DNA from: Takakia lepidozioides
Taxonomy: Eukaryota > Plantae > Bryophyta
Length of the DNA stretch: 64,000 nucleotides
NCBI GenBank assembly: GCA_030704615.1
Contig: CM060732.1
Span: forward strand, 20,460,001 to 20,524,000
Direction of reading: 5' to 3'
Under the pieces are notes generated by a model, which had not been told where the DNA came from, searched no databases, and was given only the letters and a program-made list of their open reading frames with translations. How positions within the stretch are numbered: position 1 is the first letter of the stretch; each line of letters opens with the position of its first letter. The position numbers and the translations under genes were made by a program. Shown here piece after piece: positions 62,198 to 64,000 of the stretch.

Positions 62198-64000
62198 ATG
62201 GGGTCGGGCAAGCCGAAGCGAAAGCGGAACGGCCCAAAAGATGATGATCCCGGTGAGCCCGATGGGGGCGACGTGTCACCGAGGCGGCCGTTTGAGGAAG
62301 CGATTAATGTTTCCGAAAACGAGGCCGCTCAGGAGCGGGAGGAATCCGAGGAGTCGGAGCCCGAGGAATCTTTGAGAGCTCCGACAAACCAAGAGATGCC
62401 TCCCATGCCGGCAGCCTTTTGGGAAGGGTTGTTGGCGCAGTTTGGCGGGACGTTGAAAGACGTGTTGAAGGCGGCTAATGCCACTTCCACCAAGGCAAAG
62501 TTTAAGGTGAAGCCTAAGGAACCCGGCACCTTCGAGGGCGTTCGAAACCGGAAGGCACTCAACACCTGGCTCCTGGAGCTAGAGCAGTACTTCCGGGCGG
62601 CCAAGTTGAGTGACGAGGATCGGGTGGAAGTGGCTCCCACCTATTTGAGGGGCTATGCTCAACAATGGTGGCAGAAACGCCTTCACGACCGAGGCCCAAG
62701 CCCGGAAACCTTGAACTGGAGTGAGTTCAAGGAATTGATGAAGAGACAGTTTGTGCCCCTCAACGCATCCTGGCTTGCCCGGGACAAGATGAGGAATTTG
62801 AAGCAAACAGATGACATTCGAGGGTATGTCCAGGCTTTCAATGTGCTGTTGCTCGAAGTCGCGGACATGGCAGAACCAGAAATGGTCTTCAACTTTGTGG
62901 CGGGACTGGCCCCATGGGCTAGGCGGAAGTTGGAGGAGAAGCCACCCAAGACTTTGAACGAGGCAATTGAGAGAGCTGAATGTTTCTCGGATGTCCCTAG
63001 GGGTGAGAGACAAGGCCGTACGGAGCTGAACCACAAGAAGACCCGGCGGGAAGGTGACTCCTCCCGACCGGAAAAGAAGTGGGATAGGCCACGCGGCGAA
63101 AATGGCACGTGGAAATCGAAGGGAGGTCCTTCACACGTCAAGGCGGCACCCGGTGCTTCGAAAGGAAAAGCGGGTGGAGCGACTTATGGCGGACAGAAGG
63201 CGACCTTTGATGGAGTGTGTTTCAATTGCGGGGAGCCCGGGCACATGGCCAAGAAGTGCACGAAGCCCCGGCAATTGAACATGACTCGGGCGACCACGGA
63301 GCTGTCGGAAGATACCATCAGTCGCTTGGTGGAAGCGGTGGTCGCCAGGACTTGCAAGGTAGGCAAATTTTCTTGTGAGTTGTATCAGGAAACTGGCGCC
63401 TTACGAAAAGGGAGTCAGTTATTGTTCGTGGATGGGATAATATCCGGAACTAATGTGTCGTTGTTGGTGGACACAGGAGCGTCGCACTCCTTCATGACGC
63501 CGGCGGCGGCGCGAAAGTTGGGACTCCCGACAAGTGACGTGGGGGCCTCTATTGAGGTGCGCTCTGCCAAAGGAGAACCTCAGTTGGCGACAAGGTTGGC
63601 GTTTGATGTTCCTCTTCAACTGGGGAGTTGGGAGGGACGTGAGAACTTCACTATCTGCGAGATCGATGGAGTGGATCTCATTTTGGGAATGACCTTTTTG
63701 AGCAAATCCGGAGCGGTCATAGATGGCCGCAAGAGAGTAGTCACGCTGCCATGTGGGAATGGTGGCGAGGTTTTACGAGTGTCGGAAACGCCCAAATCCG
63801 TGGGAGGGCGAATAAACCTTCTATCAGCAAAGGAGTGGGCCGTGGAGGAGACACACGAGTCCCAGTTTTTGCTTTACATTAGAGAAGTGAAAGGAGAAGG
63901 CGATGGGGAGCCGAGCCCAGATTGGATCAAGGGGATTTTGGAGAAATACCAGGATGTGATGCCGGAGGATTTACCAAGCGGCTTGCCACCGCGAAGAGGA
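62198..64000 (+). CDS. Ty3/gypsy gag-pol polyprotein, open to the window end (probably chromoviral branch)
   Basis: Reads as one frame from ATG 62198: gag KPKEPGTFEG..NTWLLELEQYF..YLRGYAQQWW, zinc knuckle CFNCGEPGHMAKKC, protease LVDTGASHSF..DLILGMTFL, pre-RT KYQDVMPEDLPSGLPPRR. Confidence 0.93.
   Translation, partial: MGSGKPKRKRNGPKDDDPGEPDGGDVSPRRPFEEAINVSENEAAQEREESEESEPEESLRAPTNQEMPPMPAAFWEGLLAQFGGTLKDVLKAANATSTKAKFKVKPKEPGTFEGVRNRKALNTWLLELEQYFRAAKLSDEDRVEVAPTYLRGYAQQWWQKRLHDRGPSPETLNWSEFKELMKRQFVPLNASWLARDKMRNLKQTDDIRGYVQAFNVLLLEVADMAEPEMVFNFVAGLAPWARRKLEEKPPKTLNEAIERAECFSDVPRGERQGRTELNHKKTRREGDSSRPEKKWDRPRGENGTWKSKGGPSHVKAAPGASKGKAGGATYGGQKATFDGVCFNCGEPGHMAKKCTKPRQLNMTRATTELSEDTISRLVEAVVARTCKVGKFSCELYQETGALRKGSQLLFVDGIISGTNVSLLVDTGASHSFMTPAAARKLGLPTSDVGASIEVRSAKGEPQLATRLAFDVPLQLGSWEGRENFTICEIDGVDLILGMTFLSKSGAVIDGRKRVVTLPCGNGGEVLRVSETPKSVGGRINLLSAKEWAVEETHESQFLLYIREVKGEGDGEPSPDWIKGILEKYQDVMPEDLPSGLPPRRG

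Overview
Eukaryotic nuclear DNA, most likely from a seed-free land plant (bryophyte- or fern-like; inferred from the style of the PLS/DYW PPRs, the CRE-type LINE and a hinderin-like gene). Left half (1-33.5 kb): four host genes. These are the 3' exons of a DUF3506/Cyclin_D1_bind (EXECUTER/FBXO31-type) gene, a KIAA1328/hinderin-like gene, an intronless PLAC8 gene and a 12-exon FIST-N + LON substrate-binding-domain gene. Interspersed are a decayed CRE-type non-LTR element, a TTAA-flanked piggyBac-like MITE, a hAT MITE with an 8-bp TSD, and an APE-RT LINE with stacked 3' ends in the last intron of the FIST-LON gene. Right half (35-61 kb): a mosaic of pseudogenised PLS-class PPR/DYW RNA-editing-factor arrays and other gene fragments. 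It is divided by repeated head-to-tail junctions carrying sub-terminal inverted repeats and hairpins, which resemble rolling-circle (Helentron/Helitron2-type) termini. The window ends inside an apparently intact Ty3/gypsy LTR retrotransposon. All gene models and family calls were made by eye and from memory of family motifs; no searches were run.
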